The position numbers and the translations under genes were made by a program. The notes beneath the pieces were generated by a model. The model was not told the DNA's origin. It saw only the letters and a list, made by a program, of their open reading frames with translations, and did no database searches. Shown here piece by piece: positions 45,039 to 58,583 of a DNA stretch of 64,000 bases; position 1 is the first letter of the stretch, and every line of letters begins with the position of its first letter. Source of the stretch: the human T2T-CHM13v2.0 reference genome, Homo sapiens; the NCBI RefSeq assembly GCF_009914755.1, contig NC_060932.1. One strand, given 5' to 3'.

Positions 45039-45995
45039 TCATTTGGGCAGAGATAAGCAGCTGTTTGTCTGTTCTTCCTACCTTGAGTGCCAGTAAGTCC
45101 CAGGCCCTGAAGGCCCCCAGTCTGGGAAGTTCCCTCAGCACTGGGGAAAAAGGTCGGTCGCTAAGTGGACAGTTTGATGCGCTCTGTGCCTCTCTGAGCC
45201 CTTCAGAAAACGAGGACACCAGCTGTCCCCTGTCTCAATTGAGCAGGACGTCTCCTTTCATTTCTCCTGGGCCTCTTACTCCCTAGCAGGGTGTCAGAGC
45301 CCGCTGCCAGTTGTCCCAAGATGGGGAAGCGGCCCCGACAGATGGAAGATAGCTCAGTGCTGTGTGAAGGGAAACGGCTTTTGTTTCAGCCCCCGGTGTG
45401 TGTGGCAGGCACGAGGCTTGATGACAGGGTGATGAGCTGTGGAAGGAATGCACCACAGGGCTGGAACACAATCGTGCTTTGTTTTTGTTCTTGCATCTGA
45501 GAATGCCCCTGGACTGATGGCAGCGACGAGGCCCAATGTGCCACATTTCATCCTACAGGCGCCAATCCACATCCCCCCACCGCAGAGAGGTGGCTCTTCC
45601 TGCAATCCGGCCGCGATGCGCCTGCTGTAAATCAGCGTGGCTCCCCCCAAGTCAAAGGCCGTCTGAACAAGGTGACAGAGAAATGCAAGGAGGATGGACA
45701 GCCTCGTCTGGCTCTGCCTTGGAGGGGGAGGCTGCCTGGCCTCCCACAGCCGGGACAGGTTCCCTATGTGCAGCGCTGCCTGCGAGAGGGTCCCCAGGAT
45801 GAACTCCTGCTGTGTCACTCCTCAGAACCCGAGTCCTGTGCCAAGGACGGTAACTTTAGCTATGAAGGGGAGTCAAGAAAGAGAGAAAAATGAGGAGAAA
45901 GCAAGAAAAACAGAAAGATTGAGGACAGGGGGATAGAAGGAGGCAGAAGGGGAGAAATGAAGGAAGAGGATTTTAAAAAATAAAAAAAAAAAGAA

Positions 45996-46103
45996 TGGAC
46001 GCAGCAAACCACCATCGCACACGTATACCTATGTAACAAACCTGCACGTTCTGCACATGTATCCCAGAACTTAAAGTAAAATTAAAAAAACAAAAACAAA
46101 AAA
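45996..46103 (+). mobile_element. Very short 5'-truncated L1PA 3' end
   Basis: GCAGCAAACCACCAT...GTATCCCAGAACTTAAAGTAAAA plus A-tail. Confidence 0.85.
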
Positions 46104-46844
46104 GAGAGTGTGTGCAGGGTACCTCCCCTTTACAAAACCGTCAGAAAAAAGAAAGGGAATGGACAAGAAAGAAAAGACGGGAAAAAAAGGGAAAAAGTAA
46201 GGACATTTTTAAAGGGGGGAGAAGAGATGGCAAATAAGAAATGATGTTGGCAGTAATGGCTTTTGAGAGCCTTACTGATTGATAGAAAATATTTCTTAGA
46301 TAGGTTTCCCCTCCAGGAGAGGACTCTTGGTTCAAGCTCCCTCCTCTCATGCTGGCCAGGAGCAGGGCTGCAGAGGAAGCTCTGAGTTTCTCAGAGAAGC
46401 CTAGCACTCCCTTCTCTTCCTTCTAGGCAGCCAAAGTCCTGGGAGGCACAAGAAAGTGAGTTACAAGTTCCACTCTGTCCCACAGGGAGGCTGCAAAGTG
46501 GTGTCATCTCTCAGAGGAAGTCGGCTGAGCTGGCTGGAAAGTGTGTAAGTGTGTGTGTATGTGTGCGTGTGTGTATGCGCGCGCGCTTGCAGCTTCTCTG
46601 CCAGAGTTGGGAAATCAGAGGTCTGATCACTTTTGACTCTGGTGTAGCTGTTTTCCTCTTGTAATCCTCAGTGTGGTGAGCAGAAGGCAGTGGAAAACAC
46701 ACTCCGTGAAGTTTTTTTCCATTAGAAGGTCACTAAACTGCGTAACTCAGAAATAAGGTTCTGCTGCACACATAGCTTTCAACTTACATATTCCTGGACT
46801 TTGGACAACATCTTTTGTCCCAGAAATGAGAGAAGGAACAACAC

Positions 46845-47985
46845 TTTTAAATTATTTTTAATTTTTAATTGTGGTAAAATACACATAACATAAAATTTAC
46901 CATCTTAACCACTTCAAGTGTACGGTTCTGTGGCATTAAGTACATTCATGTTATTGTGCAACCATTACCACCGTCCCTCCACAGAATTCTTGCAAAACTG
47001 ACACTCTCTACCCATTAAACAATAACTCCTCATTTCTCCTTACCCCAGCCCCTGGCAACCTTCAACCTATTTTCTATCTCTTTGACTTTGACTACTGAAG
47101 ATACCTCACATAAGTGGAATTATGTAGTATTTGTCTTTTTGAGACTGGCTTATTTCACTTAACATCATGTCCTCAAGGTGCATCCACATTGTAGCATGTC
47201 AGAATTTCCTTCATTCTTAGAAAAAGCAAATGCTATTGTGTAGTACGTATACAGCACATTTCGTTTTTCCACTCGCCTACCTTTTGGCTATTATGATTAA
47301 TCCTGCTATGAACATAGATGTACAAATATCTCTTTGAGTCCCTGATTTCAGTTATTTTAGGTATACACTCAGAAGTGGAATTGCTAGATCTTATGGTAAA
47401 TCTATTTTGAAGCTTTTGAGAAACTGCTATACCGTTTTCCACAGTAGCTGCAGCATTTTACATTCCCACCAACATTGCACAAGGGTTCCAATCACTTTCT
47501 CCACATCCTTGCCAACACCTGTTATTTTCTGTTGTTTATTTAAGAGATTGGGTCTCGCTATGTTGCCCAGACTGGCCTCGAATTTCTGGGCTCAAGTGAT
47601 CCTCCTCCCTCACCCTCCTTAATAGCTGGGATTATAGGCACATGACACCACATCCAGATAATTTCTGTTTTTGATAGTAGCCATTCGAATGGGCAGGAAG
47701 TAATATCCCATTGTGGTTTTGATTTGCATTTCTCTACTGATTAGTAATGTTGAACATCTTTTACTTGTTTATCTGCCATTTGTATACCTTCTTTAGAAAA
47801 CTGTCTATTCAGGTCCTTTGTGAATTTTTTAATTAGGCCATTTGGTTTTTGTTGTTGTTGTAGAATTGTAGGAGTTCTTTAAATAGTCTGGGTATTAATC
47901 CCTTATGAAATGTATGATTTTCAAATATTTTCTCCCATGCTGTGGGTTGCCTTTTCACTCTGTTGATTGTGTCCTTTGATGCAAA
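46845..47985 (-). mobile_element. L1MB 3' end, with an Alu monomer at ~47535-47660
   Basis: TTGTGGTAAAATACACATAACATAAAATTTACCATCTTAACC...TGTGGGTTGCCTTTTCACTCTGTTGAT. Confidence 0.85.
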
Positions 47986-48052
47986 GAAGCAGAATTTTAA
48001 GTCAACTGCAATACTATGGCACTTCTCGAGATGTCACTAAATGTGAGAGAGA

Positions 48053-48373
<321 letters not shown>

Positions 48374-49473
48374 CTACCCTGATGACTGCAAAGTGTGTGC
48401 ACCCCCATCCACCAGTATTTCAGCCTAGCCTCACCAGAACTTGTTGACCAAGTTAGGACATAACCCACCTCTTCCATTACCTTCCCTATCAGAGTCTGTA
48501 TGTGAGGTTCCCAGAAATCCTTTCTTTGCAGACCTATGCTAAATAGAAGGTTTTGTGTTTGGGCTTTTTTGTTGTTTCATTGTCTGGTTGGGTTTTGTTT
48601 TGATGTTGGTGGTGTTTTGGTTTGTATCTCTGCCTTCTGACTATGGTTTTTCAAGTCCTGCAGCAAGGAATCTTGCAGAATTAACTTCACATAAAGGATT
48701 CAAATGAACCACTTATTCGGAAGAAAACATCCCAGGTTTGCTGGCCAGTTCAGCTCTCCACACTTTGCACCAGGAGGGATCATTCTAAAAAGTGATCCCA
48801 AGGGGAGTGAGCCAGATGCAGACATTTAACTGTTCTGCAAGATAAGGACTTGAAAGCATCTTATAAGTGAGCACTCAGCATTCAAGGTCCTGGCTCTAAG
48901 TTTTATGAGCCCTAATTCTGATCCAGTGTCAGCTGCTGGATTCTCTGCCAAAGAAATACTGGAAAACCAGCTTTTCTTCAATTTCATTGGTATGTCAGCC
49001 ACTGATGGACATCGTCTGTGAAGCCAGACCAACCTTTAAAACATCCAAATATATTGGAATGAGTGCATCATTTTCTTTTCGCAATGGAAAAGCAAAGCTA
49101 GTTTAATGGACGACGACGTCAACCCAATAGTGCCAATAGTGGGTGGGGGAGAGTTTCGCAGGCAGGGACAGGAAAGGTCCTGGAGTGCTGCCCAACTCTC
49201 CCCACTTTAGAGTCACTTGCCTTTCCCCAGGTAGCCCCACCAGGCCATGCTCTGCCACACTCTGAAGTCCAATTGGTTCAATTCATTCCTCTTCTTTCTT
49301 AACCACCCCTTACAAGTTTCTTGAATTTAAGGCATGTGCAAGGCACTGTACTGAGGGCAATGGCAGTGGGGAGGGAGACACAGAGCTCATATTATACACG
49401 GCAGCTGTCCTCATGGTGCTGACAGACAAGTGGAAGTGATGAAGGAACAATCAAGAAAAAGAGTGATCAATAC

Positions 49474-49783
49474 AGGCCGGGTGGGGTGGTTCACACCTGT
49501 AATCCCAGCACTTTGGGAGGCCGAGGTAGGCAGATCACCTGAGGTCAGGAGTTCGAGACCAGCCTGGCCAACATGGTGAAACCCCATCTCTACTAAAAAT
49601 ACAAAAAAATTAGACAGGTGTGGTGGCTGGCACCTGCAGTACCAGCTACTACTCTCAGGAGGCTGAGGCAGAAGAATCACTTGAACCTGGGAGGCAGAGG
49701 TTGCATGAGCCGAGATCACGCGACTGCACTCCAGCCTGGGCAACAGAGTGAGACTCCATCCCCAAAAAAAAAAAAAAAAAAAA
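49474..49783 (+). mobile_element. AluSx-like
   Basis: Dimer; TSD GTGATCAATACA/GTAATCAATACA. Confidence 0.95.
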
Positions 49784-50111
49784 GGTAATCAATACAAAGC
49801 AGACTTGGTACCACAATTTAACATTCCACTCGACCCCAAGTATGTAGGGGCTTCCAGCAGAGGGGCCAGTGAGGAGGGGAAGTCCCAGTGACCTGGCATT
49901 GGAGGTACATTGTACACACAGACACCAACACAAACACAAGCACACATCTCAATGCCAGCACCCACACACGCTGACACTGATATGCACCCACACACATTCA
50001 CAGATACCCATACATATACACACACACCCTAAAAAAGGGATGTGCTCTTCCCACATCAGTGCCGGGATACATTTTTTTTTAAACATTCCTCTCCTAAAAG
50101 AAATGATAAAT

Positions 50112-50409
50112 AGGTTGGGCATGGTGGCTCATAACTGAAATTCCAGTGCTTTGGGAGGCCAAGGCAGGAAGATTGCTTGAGTTGGAGACCAGCCTGGGCA
50201 ACCTAGCAAGATGCCATCTCTACAAAAAATACAAAAATTAGCCAGGCATGCTGATGCACTCCTGTAGCCCCAGCTGCTCAGGAGGCTGAGCTGGGAGGAC
50301 TGCTTGAGCCCAGGAGTTTGAGCCTGCAGTGAGCTATGATCACGACACTGCACTCCAGCCTGGGGCAACAGAGCAAGACCCTGTCTCTAAAATAAGTAAA
50401 TAAATAAAT
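50112..50409 (+). mobile_element. AluJ
   Basis: Dimer; perfect TSD AAGAAATGATAAAT. Confidence 0.9.
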
Positions 50410-51565
50410 AAGAAATGATAAATGGACAAAAACCCAGGGCTTCCTAAAGCAGTTTGGAGGCCCAAGAAGACAGCCCGGCTGAATTTATAACATATCACCA
50501 TCCTTTGCCCCATTCTAGATAGGTTTCATATGCACCTTATAAAAAGTACACCCCAACTTCCTGGAAGGGGTGGGGTTTTTAAAGGAGTAGATTAATGTTC
50601 ATGGGTGGTAGTTGCTAGAGTTCCAGGTGAAGAAGAGAAGCACCAAGCTCTGAGTGTTTTTTGCAGAATTCCAAGTCCTCTCTGCAGATGTACATTTATT
50701 CCTGTAAGTGGATGCTGGGCTTTCGTTTTATGTACCCTGGCTCAATTTCAGCGCAGGTCAAGTTCAAATGCTTCATGCGGCATGGACAGTGATGAGCCTT
50801 GAGGAAGTCCAGGTGGTTCTGATTAGGTCTGGAAGCACATAACTCATCCAATAGAGAACCCAATCAATTGCAAAGGTCTGGGTCCCTGTTCCTGCCTGCT
50901 GGGTCCAAGTTTCATTCCTGTTGGAATGTAACTTCCCGATCAAAGACAAAATCTTTGATTCCTTCTTCCCACCTACCCTCCCAACAAAAAGTCACCGAAA
51001 AAAAAAAAGGCTGGCTTGGAATTGAGGCTCCAGAGGTTTATTTGGACACCACCCACCCTTTGTAAATCAACATTTTAACGAGTTAAGTGCACATGAATCA
51101 GAAACACAGGGTCACATTTCCTCTGAAATACTTGGGGGTGGGGATGCAAAATGCACTCCGAATTTGGCCCAGTCCAGAATCAGGAGGCAGGCCAGGCCCT
51201 TGTCAAGATTCTCTCATCCCAGTGTTCGGCCCAGCAGCCGGGACCATTTCCCCCAGCCGTCCTCAGCTGCGTCAGGACTGAGCGGAATGGTGCTCACATG
51301 CCCTGCCGGCCGCCACTAGGATAATCCATGCCAACCCCACAGAATGGGAGGCGAGCGATACTGAGAACAATGAAGGGGTCTGACATGGAAATTTCAGTAG
51401 GAAACAAGCAATTACATGAGAACAAACATTCCCAGTGCCACTTACAACAATTGGAACACAACAGTGATTATAAAAATGAAAGCAACAAATTGAGAGCCAG
51501 GGCAGCATGCACCTTAAAACAAATTGTCCTCCTGGTGCAGAGCTGCGACCCTCTCCCTGGGCAAC

Positions 51566-51571
51566 TGTGTG

Positions 51572-51609
<38 letters not shown>

Positions 51610-51628
51610 TGTGTGTCTGTGTGTGTGT
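51566..51628. repeat. (TG)n microsatellite
   Basis: Direct reading. Confidence 0.95.
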
Positions 51629-52734
51629 AACACATGAATTTTATTTGACTTGTCTTAGAGGCTGGATCTCTTATCCCTGCGGTAGAAACCACTTCTCCTG
51701 AGCAAACTGGTTTCCATCCACCAGGCAGGGAGGAAACAGTGAGAAAACTGGAGAGGATTTTCTCTGGCCCTGCTATAGGTTCAGTCTCAGGACTGTGGGA
51801 AAATGTGCACGGCAGGGGAAAAGGCCTGTCTTCTCCAACTCAGGGCAGAGGCAGGTTTCTAATGAAGAGGGCCTAGGAAAGAAATATTTTGCAGGGAGCC
51901 AAACGTACCAGGACATACCAGCTTTCCTTGTTTTCTTCATCAAGATCCACAGAACAGTGAAGCTCATTCTAGGGTTCGAAAGGTAAATTATTTCCTTCCA
52001 TCGGTTGAGTGAAAATCAGTCCTCTGGGTCTCATGCACATCTACTCAGTCTCCATTATGGGATGCCTTCCTTATCCAGCTCCAGCCTGTGTTTCTCATTC
52101 ATAGCTGTCAATTCTGGCACTGCAGGGAGGAGGCATCTGAAAATAAGGCGGCAGCCTGGGGAAGTCTGGAGAGGATGCAGGGAGTTTCTGCGTGGCAGTG
52201 GTTGGCAAGTGGGGAGCAGAGCTAGCAAGGCTTCACGCTGATATACATTGCAATTTACAGGCTGGTACTTATTTTTTTCTCTAGGCAATTACTGGCTGCC
52301 TCCTGCTCCTCCTCTTCTGTAGGGGCCTTGGGGCCTCCCTCAAGCCTGGCCCAGCTCGGGGCCTGATTTGTGCGGCTAAGAGTCATTGAGCAACCTGCCA
52401 AGACTAGCAGCCAAGTTTGGATTCCTATGGCCACAGCTGCTGGCCTTGGGAGGGAGCACTGACCCCAGAGGAATCCAGCTAAATCTGTGGAACCCACCCT
52501 GGTTGTCCTTGGGCCACATTGTGAAATATGCACTTAGATTGTGGGTTGGGTTGTGGCATGTGATCTCTTTATTCCTTCAGATGATGGGCCTACTCATCTA
52601 GTTGATGGGGCAAGATTACCCAGATCTGCATAAGCCCCCCAGAGAACTATGCAGCAAAAATGGAAACTGAGGCCCCTAAACCACCCTTCCACCCTCAATC
52701 CATTCCCAAGTACAAACAATAACAGCAGATGCTA

Positions 52735-53078
<344 letters not shown>

Positions 53079-53179
53079 GTGCAGTAGAGATGGGGATCTT
53101 GTGCAAAGCATTTTAGCAGAATCTCCTGTTTTCTTTCTAATTCCCTTCCTTGGAAGGAAATTTATTGTGCAGTTCTGGG

Positions 53180-53838
53180 TTTTTTTTTTTTCCATTTCAA
53201 TAGATTTAGGGGGTACAGATTGTTTTTGGTTACATGGATGAATTATATAGTGAAGTCTGGGCTTTTAGTGTAACCATCACCCAAACAGTGTACACTGTAC
53301 CCAATAGGTAATTTCTCATTCCTCACCCCACTCCCACCCTCTGATCTTCTGAGTCTCCAGTGTCCATTATACCACTCTGGTGGACCTGTGTACCCACAGC
53401 ATAGCTTCCACTTATAAGTGAGAATATGCCAGTATTTGGTTTTCCAGTCCTGAGTTACTTCACTTAGGATAGTGGCCTCTAGCTCCACGCAAGTTGCTGC
53501 AAAATACATTATTTCATTTTTTATGGCTGAGTAGTATTCCATGGTGTATGTATACCACATTTCCTATATTCACTCATTGGATGATGGGTACTTAGGTTGA
53601 TTCCACATCTTTGCAACTGTGAATTGTGCTGTAATAAACATACAGGTGTAGGTGTTTTTTGATATAATGACTTTTTTCCTTTAGGTAGATACCCAGCAGT
53701 ACGACTGATAGATCGAATGGTAGCTCTATTCTTAGTTATTTGAGAAATCTCCATATTGTTTTCCGTAGAGGTTATACTAACTTTCATTCCCATCAACAGT
53801 GTATAAGCATTCCCTTTTCACTGCATCCATGCCAACAA
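53180..53838 (-). mobile_element. L1PB 3' end
   Basis: ORF2 C-terminus (MWYTYTMEYYSAIK) and 3'UTR on the minus strand. Confidence 0.85.
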
Positions 53839-55069
53839 ACTGTGGGTTCTGATTGCTTTATTTATATTTAAGCCCTGACACCCGGGGATCTCAGAGAAGC
53901 TGGATCCCTGGATCCTACCTGGCCAGCCAATGGGCAGGCTTCCTGAGGGTACACAGCTTTAGGACTGTGGACTCAGGCACTCCAGGGAAGCGGGAAATAA
54001 GAACTTCTCCTTAGTGCTTGCAACTGCCACATCAGAACTTAGCTGAAATCCGAGGGATCGGATCCCAAATCCTTCCTCACCAGCCCCCATCCACCAGTCC
54101 TTTTGCTCAGGTGATAGGAAGGTCATCCTAATGATAACCACGTGGTGGGTTTCAGCTGTGGAAAATTCCTGGCCCCTTTCTCCTTCTTCCCACCCCCTCC
54201 TTCTCCCCTTAAGCACACACACATGCAGCTTTCCCTTCCTTTATTTAAGCAAACAACTCTCCATGATTGGGTACAGCCCCTTCTTATCTAAATAGTCTGC
54301 AGATGCATGAAGATGCAGGCGCTTTCTGCTCCTATTCGGAGCTTGTTCTGGTGCCCATCTTCTCCAAACCTACAACAAGTGGCCTCCCTTAGACCTTGCT
54401 GACAGCAATCCCTACTGCCTGCTCCCCTAGTAAGTCAGCTCAGGGGACAGGCTGTCCTCAATGTATCAGGGGTGGGATTTTCCCTCCAAAGACTTCAATT
54501 TCCCCTCTCTTTCTTGGCTCCTCCCATAACCTGAGGTTGAAACTGCCCAGACATGAGCAAATGGAACAGGGAAAGTCCCAATTTTGTTGTCAGATTCCTA
54601 TGTAACTTTAGTTGTCCAGGTACATACCACCAGTTGGTTAACACCATCAACCCCTGGTGGGTCTGGGGATGGGGGCTGAGGACTGGGAAGTTTGGTAAAG
54701 GGCACAGTCCATAATGTTAATAGATGGGAAAAATAGGAAGGAACCTGTGAGTTTCCATAATGAGCAGGGTCTGAGGGAAAAGAATTAACCCTAAGGTCTA
54801 GGACAAGAATGAAATCTAATGAGTGGGTTGAGAAGATCAGCCCCAGCTTTGGGTTTATAAGCATGACTCTCTGGTTTGATTTTCTTCCCATTCCAAAGCG
54901 TGGTCAATATTTTGAGTCCTTAGGAGATGGGCTGTGCTGATCATAGAGATGGTGATACTGTAACAGGGGGTGAGGACGCACCTGAAACCATCAGCCTGTT
55001 AGAGCTTCCCTACCCAAAGTACATTCTGCACACTGACAGCTTCACAGCTTCAGCCTCACCCGGGTACCC

Positions 55070-55410
55070 AAGGAAACGTGGTACACATACACTATGGAAT
55101 ACTACGCAGCCATAAAAAATAACAAAATCCTGTGCTTTGCAGTCACATCCAAATGCCACATGTTCTTACTAATAAGTGGGAGCTAAACAATGGGTCCACA
55201 TGGACATCAAGATAGACAGAATCAATTCTGGGGACTCCAAAAGGAGGAAGGGGTGGGGGCAAGAATTGGGAAATTTCCTATTGGGTACTATGTTCACTAT
55301 CTGAGTAATAGAGTCAATAGAAGCCCAAACCTCAGCATCATACAATATACCCTTGTAACAAAGCTGCACATGTGCCCCCAAATCCAAAATTTATATTTAA
55401 ATTTTTAAAA
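55070..55410 (+). mobile_element. L1PA16/L1PB-like 3' end
   Basis: TGGAATACTACGCAGCCATAAAAAA...CCTATTGGGTACTATGTTCACTA...GCACATGTGCCCCC. Confidence 0.8.
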
Positions 55411-57602
55411 GATTATTCAAATGTTAATATGGCCCACTAGTAGTTTGCAAAAAAAATTATATAATCTTTGGATTAAGAAAAATAACCTCTTTTGATATTA
55501 AAAGCATTACGAGTCATGTGTGCTTTAGGTACTTATGGATTATTTGACAAAGCTCCATTGGATAGGCCATGTATGTCTTTATACAAATAAAACTGGAAAA
55601 ATACGAGGAAAAAAAAGAAAAGAAATGCAGAATTCAAGCCCACCTCAGACCTACCCTTCAGAATCGGCATTTTAACACTGGTCCTCAAGTGAGTCATATA
55701 CATATTAAAATGTGAGAAACACTCCTTGGACAGCCAAATGTACTCAGTCTTAAGGAAAGAGGGCTCGTTCCCCCTTGCATTTAACTTGCCTCTATTAGCT
55801 GATGCCGGGTAAGATGAACTCACAGAGCTTCAGAAGGGACTGCGGCAATATGAAGTGTGGATGTGGGGAGAGGGAGATGACAAAATAACTTCCTGCCTCT
55901 CATCCCCGGGCCACGCAGGTCCTATGAGAATGTTTTGCAAAGTAAGATCCCGTGAACTGCTGGCATCAGAGAAACCTAGCACCTTGGTTCTAGAGCCCCT
56001 TTGCCAACCTTCCCAAACTTTCCCAATCAGAATGTCTGGGGGTGGGAGCCAAGACCCACATATTAGTAAGCTCCCCTTGGTGATACTCACATAGGCTGAA
56101 ATTTAAGAACGATTCTCCCTCTGCCCTTCAATTGCTATTGGATGATTAGTACCATGTCCCACCCTCAGGAGCAAAAGTGAATTGCTAGCACTTCTGGACC
56201 CAAGGAGGGGAGACAGCCTTTGAAGTTAAGACCAGCCTACCTCTGTGTCCCTTGGTCTTTTATACCTCCTGCCTAGGGAAGTGCCGAAATTTTTCATTAA
56301 GGAGGTGCAGGTGCCATGCAGCTTGAGGACAAGCCTGTGGTTCCAAGTGCTGCCAGCATCTCTGAGGCACAAGCGTCAAGCAGTCCTGACCCTTGGGCAC
56401 CCCAAACTCCACCACGGTGACTCCAGCAGCTGGAACTGAGATACCTTTGCACACACTTCATCATCCTTTTGCAGACTTAAAAAAAATGGAAATGGTGGGT
56501 CATGGTGGTGAGCTTCAGTAGGGGGTGGCAATGACATCTCCACCCAGCCTAAATAAATTTTCTTTCTTATTAACCACAGGGAGCTAAAAGGAAATATGGA
56601 CATTTTCCTTGGCTGGACTAGTATCTCACTATTTTACCAGTCAGGTACATTAGCATGTGAGAATCTTTCTGGACTACAGCATGACTTTGATAGAATGTTT
56701 ACAAGTCCTCATACCACACCTTAAAAAAAAAGTTGTGTCTCTGTGCTTGGGCGTGGATTTGGGTAACCTGGGAATATTTTATCACTTCTGGGTAAAACTG
56801 ACAGTTGTCTGCGGTTTGGAGGTGACTTACTGATCAGGGAACTACATCCACTGAAGTTGTCACTGTAATTGCTTGCAGAATTAGAAGTCACATGGAAGAA
56901 TTCCTGAGGCAAGAAGCACATAACCTAATATGAAACAGCTTGGGCTGGGTATGGTGCAGCACTCTGAGTCCAAAGGGAAGCTCGGCAGGGAGCGCAGACA
57001 TCACGCCTACGCAAGTGGGATGCAGGAGCCCTGGGTTCTAATTCCAACCAGGCGAGTGACCTGGGAGTCCCAGACTAGTTGGGAAATCCCAGCTATATCC
57101 CCATCTTACGTTAAAAGAGTGGATATGTTCCTCTCCAAGGCCTCCTATGTGTCTAAGACTCCAGATAAGGACAAGTTTTCCAATTCTAGTTGGTAATTCT
57201 AACATTGAGTTGAGCCGGAGGGGAAAGAGAATGTTTCCATGAGAAACATGGAAAAGAAATTCAGGCAGGGCCGAAAGCTACATTCTTGTAGAGCAAGCAT
57301 TTAACCTTCTCTCTGATCTGAAACACACACAACCAGGAGAAACACTTCTGGAAGTTATTTATAGGAGCAGATGGTAAATGGGAGGGTGGGGGCCACGGGT
57401 AGCCTGTGGTGCCTCCCAAGTTCTCCTTCAGCCCACCCACACCCAGTTACCATTTGCAAGCTGTTGAACTGGGACCAGAAAGCATCACTGAAGAAACTCA
57501 AGAGGAGAAAGATACATGTGGTTCACCGGAAAGGGTGAGAAGTGTATGACTGAGTGGGAAAAAAAAGTCACAGCTCACAGTATCATTGATTAATTGAGTG
57601 AT

Positions 57603-57608
57603 TTTAGT
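57603..57608 (-). terminator. SFRP1: Distal variant polyadenylation signal ACTAAA
   Basis: ACTAAA ~20 nt upstream of the inferred cleavage site, then CTGTGAGCTGTGACTTTTTTTT as downstream element. Confidence 0.6.
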
Positions 57609-58577
57609 CAAGTGAATATTGATACATGGCTGAAAAAGCATGAAAATAAAATGAACACATACGGGAATTACTATTAACATAAGCGATAACATCAAAACAT
57701 CTGGTAAAATGCAGTTAAAAAAACAACACAAATGAAATGGAATGTAAAACATTTTCACAGTATTCAAAGCTTTTGTAAGAGACTTAGGATCTAAAAGAGG
57801 AGTACTACAGGAAGAAACTAGAGGAAACGGGAATTTCATCCATGTCCTGTGTATCTGCTGGCAACAGGTCAGAACGGCCAGTATGTTATTCCCTGCAGGC
57901 TGCCTAGGGTGCTCTCCTCAAACAGATCACCTGAGCCTCCTGCATCTATGAAGTTATGACACAGCAACCAGTTACTCAGAGTCTGATGAGAAAAACAGAT
58001 TTTAGGTTTGGGAAATGGGATTACTGTAATTTACACATCCAAATGCAAACTGGAGCTCTGATTGAATTCTACCCTGGGGAGAACTTGATGCTAACCCACA
58101 GGTACCAAGAGCCAAGTGTTACACAGGATATTTTAAAAATAAAATGTTTTTGGAATCCTCACCTCCCATGCTATCTTCTAAGATAACTACAAATATTCTT
58201 CAAAGATTTAACTGAGTTCTGCCAAGGACCTCCCAGGACTCTATCCAGAATGATTACTGTAAAGCTTTACAAATCCCACCTTGGCCCTAGCGATAATTAG
58301 GAAATCACAGGCAAACCTCCTCTCTCGGAGACCAATGACCAGGCCAATCAGTCTGCACATTGGTTTTGTTAGATACTTTGTGGAGAAAAACAAAGGCTCG
58401 TGATAGTGCAGCTCTGTGCCTACAGAGAGCCTCCCTTTTGGTTCTGAAATTGCTGATGTGACAGAGACAAAGCTGCTATGGGTCTAAAACCTTCAATAAA
58501 GTAACTAATGACACTCAAGGTCCTGGGACTCTGAGACAGACGGTGGTAAAACCCACAGCTGCGATTCACATTTCCAA

Positions 58578-58583
58578 TTTATT
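58578..58583 (-). terminator. SFRP1: Proximal canonical AATAAA (candidate alternative polyA site)
   Basis: AATAAA on the minus strand followed ~20 nt later by GU-rich TGTGGGTTTT. Confidence 0.5.

Noticed and set aside
49854-49867. CTCF-like CCAGCAGAGGGGCC
   Set aside because: Mismatch at a high-information core position (G instead of C).
57498-57839. 113-aa hydrophobic ORF at the end of the SFRP1 3'UTR
   Set aside because: A by-product of U-rich UTR sequence that runs across the inferred polyA site.
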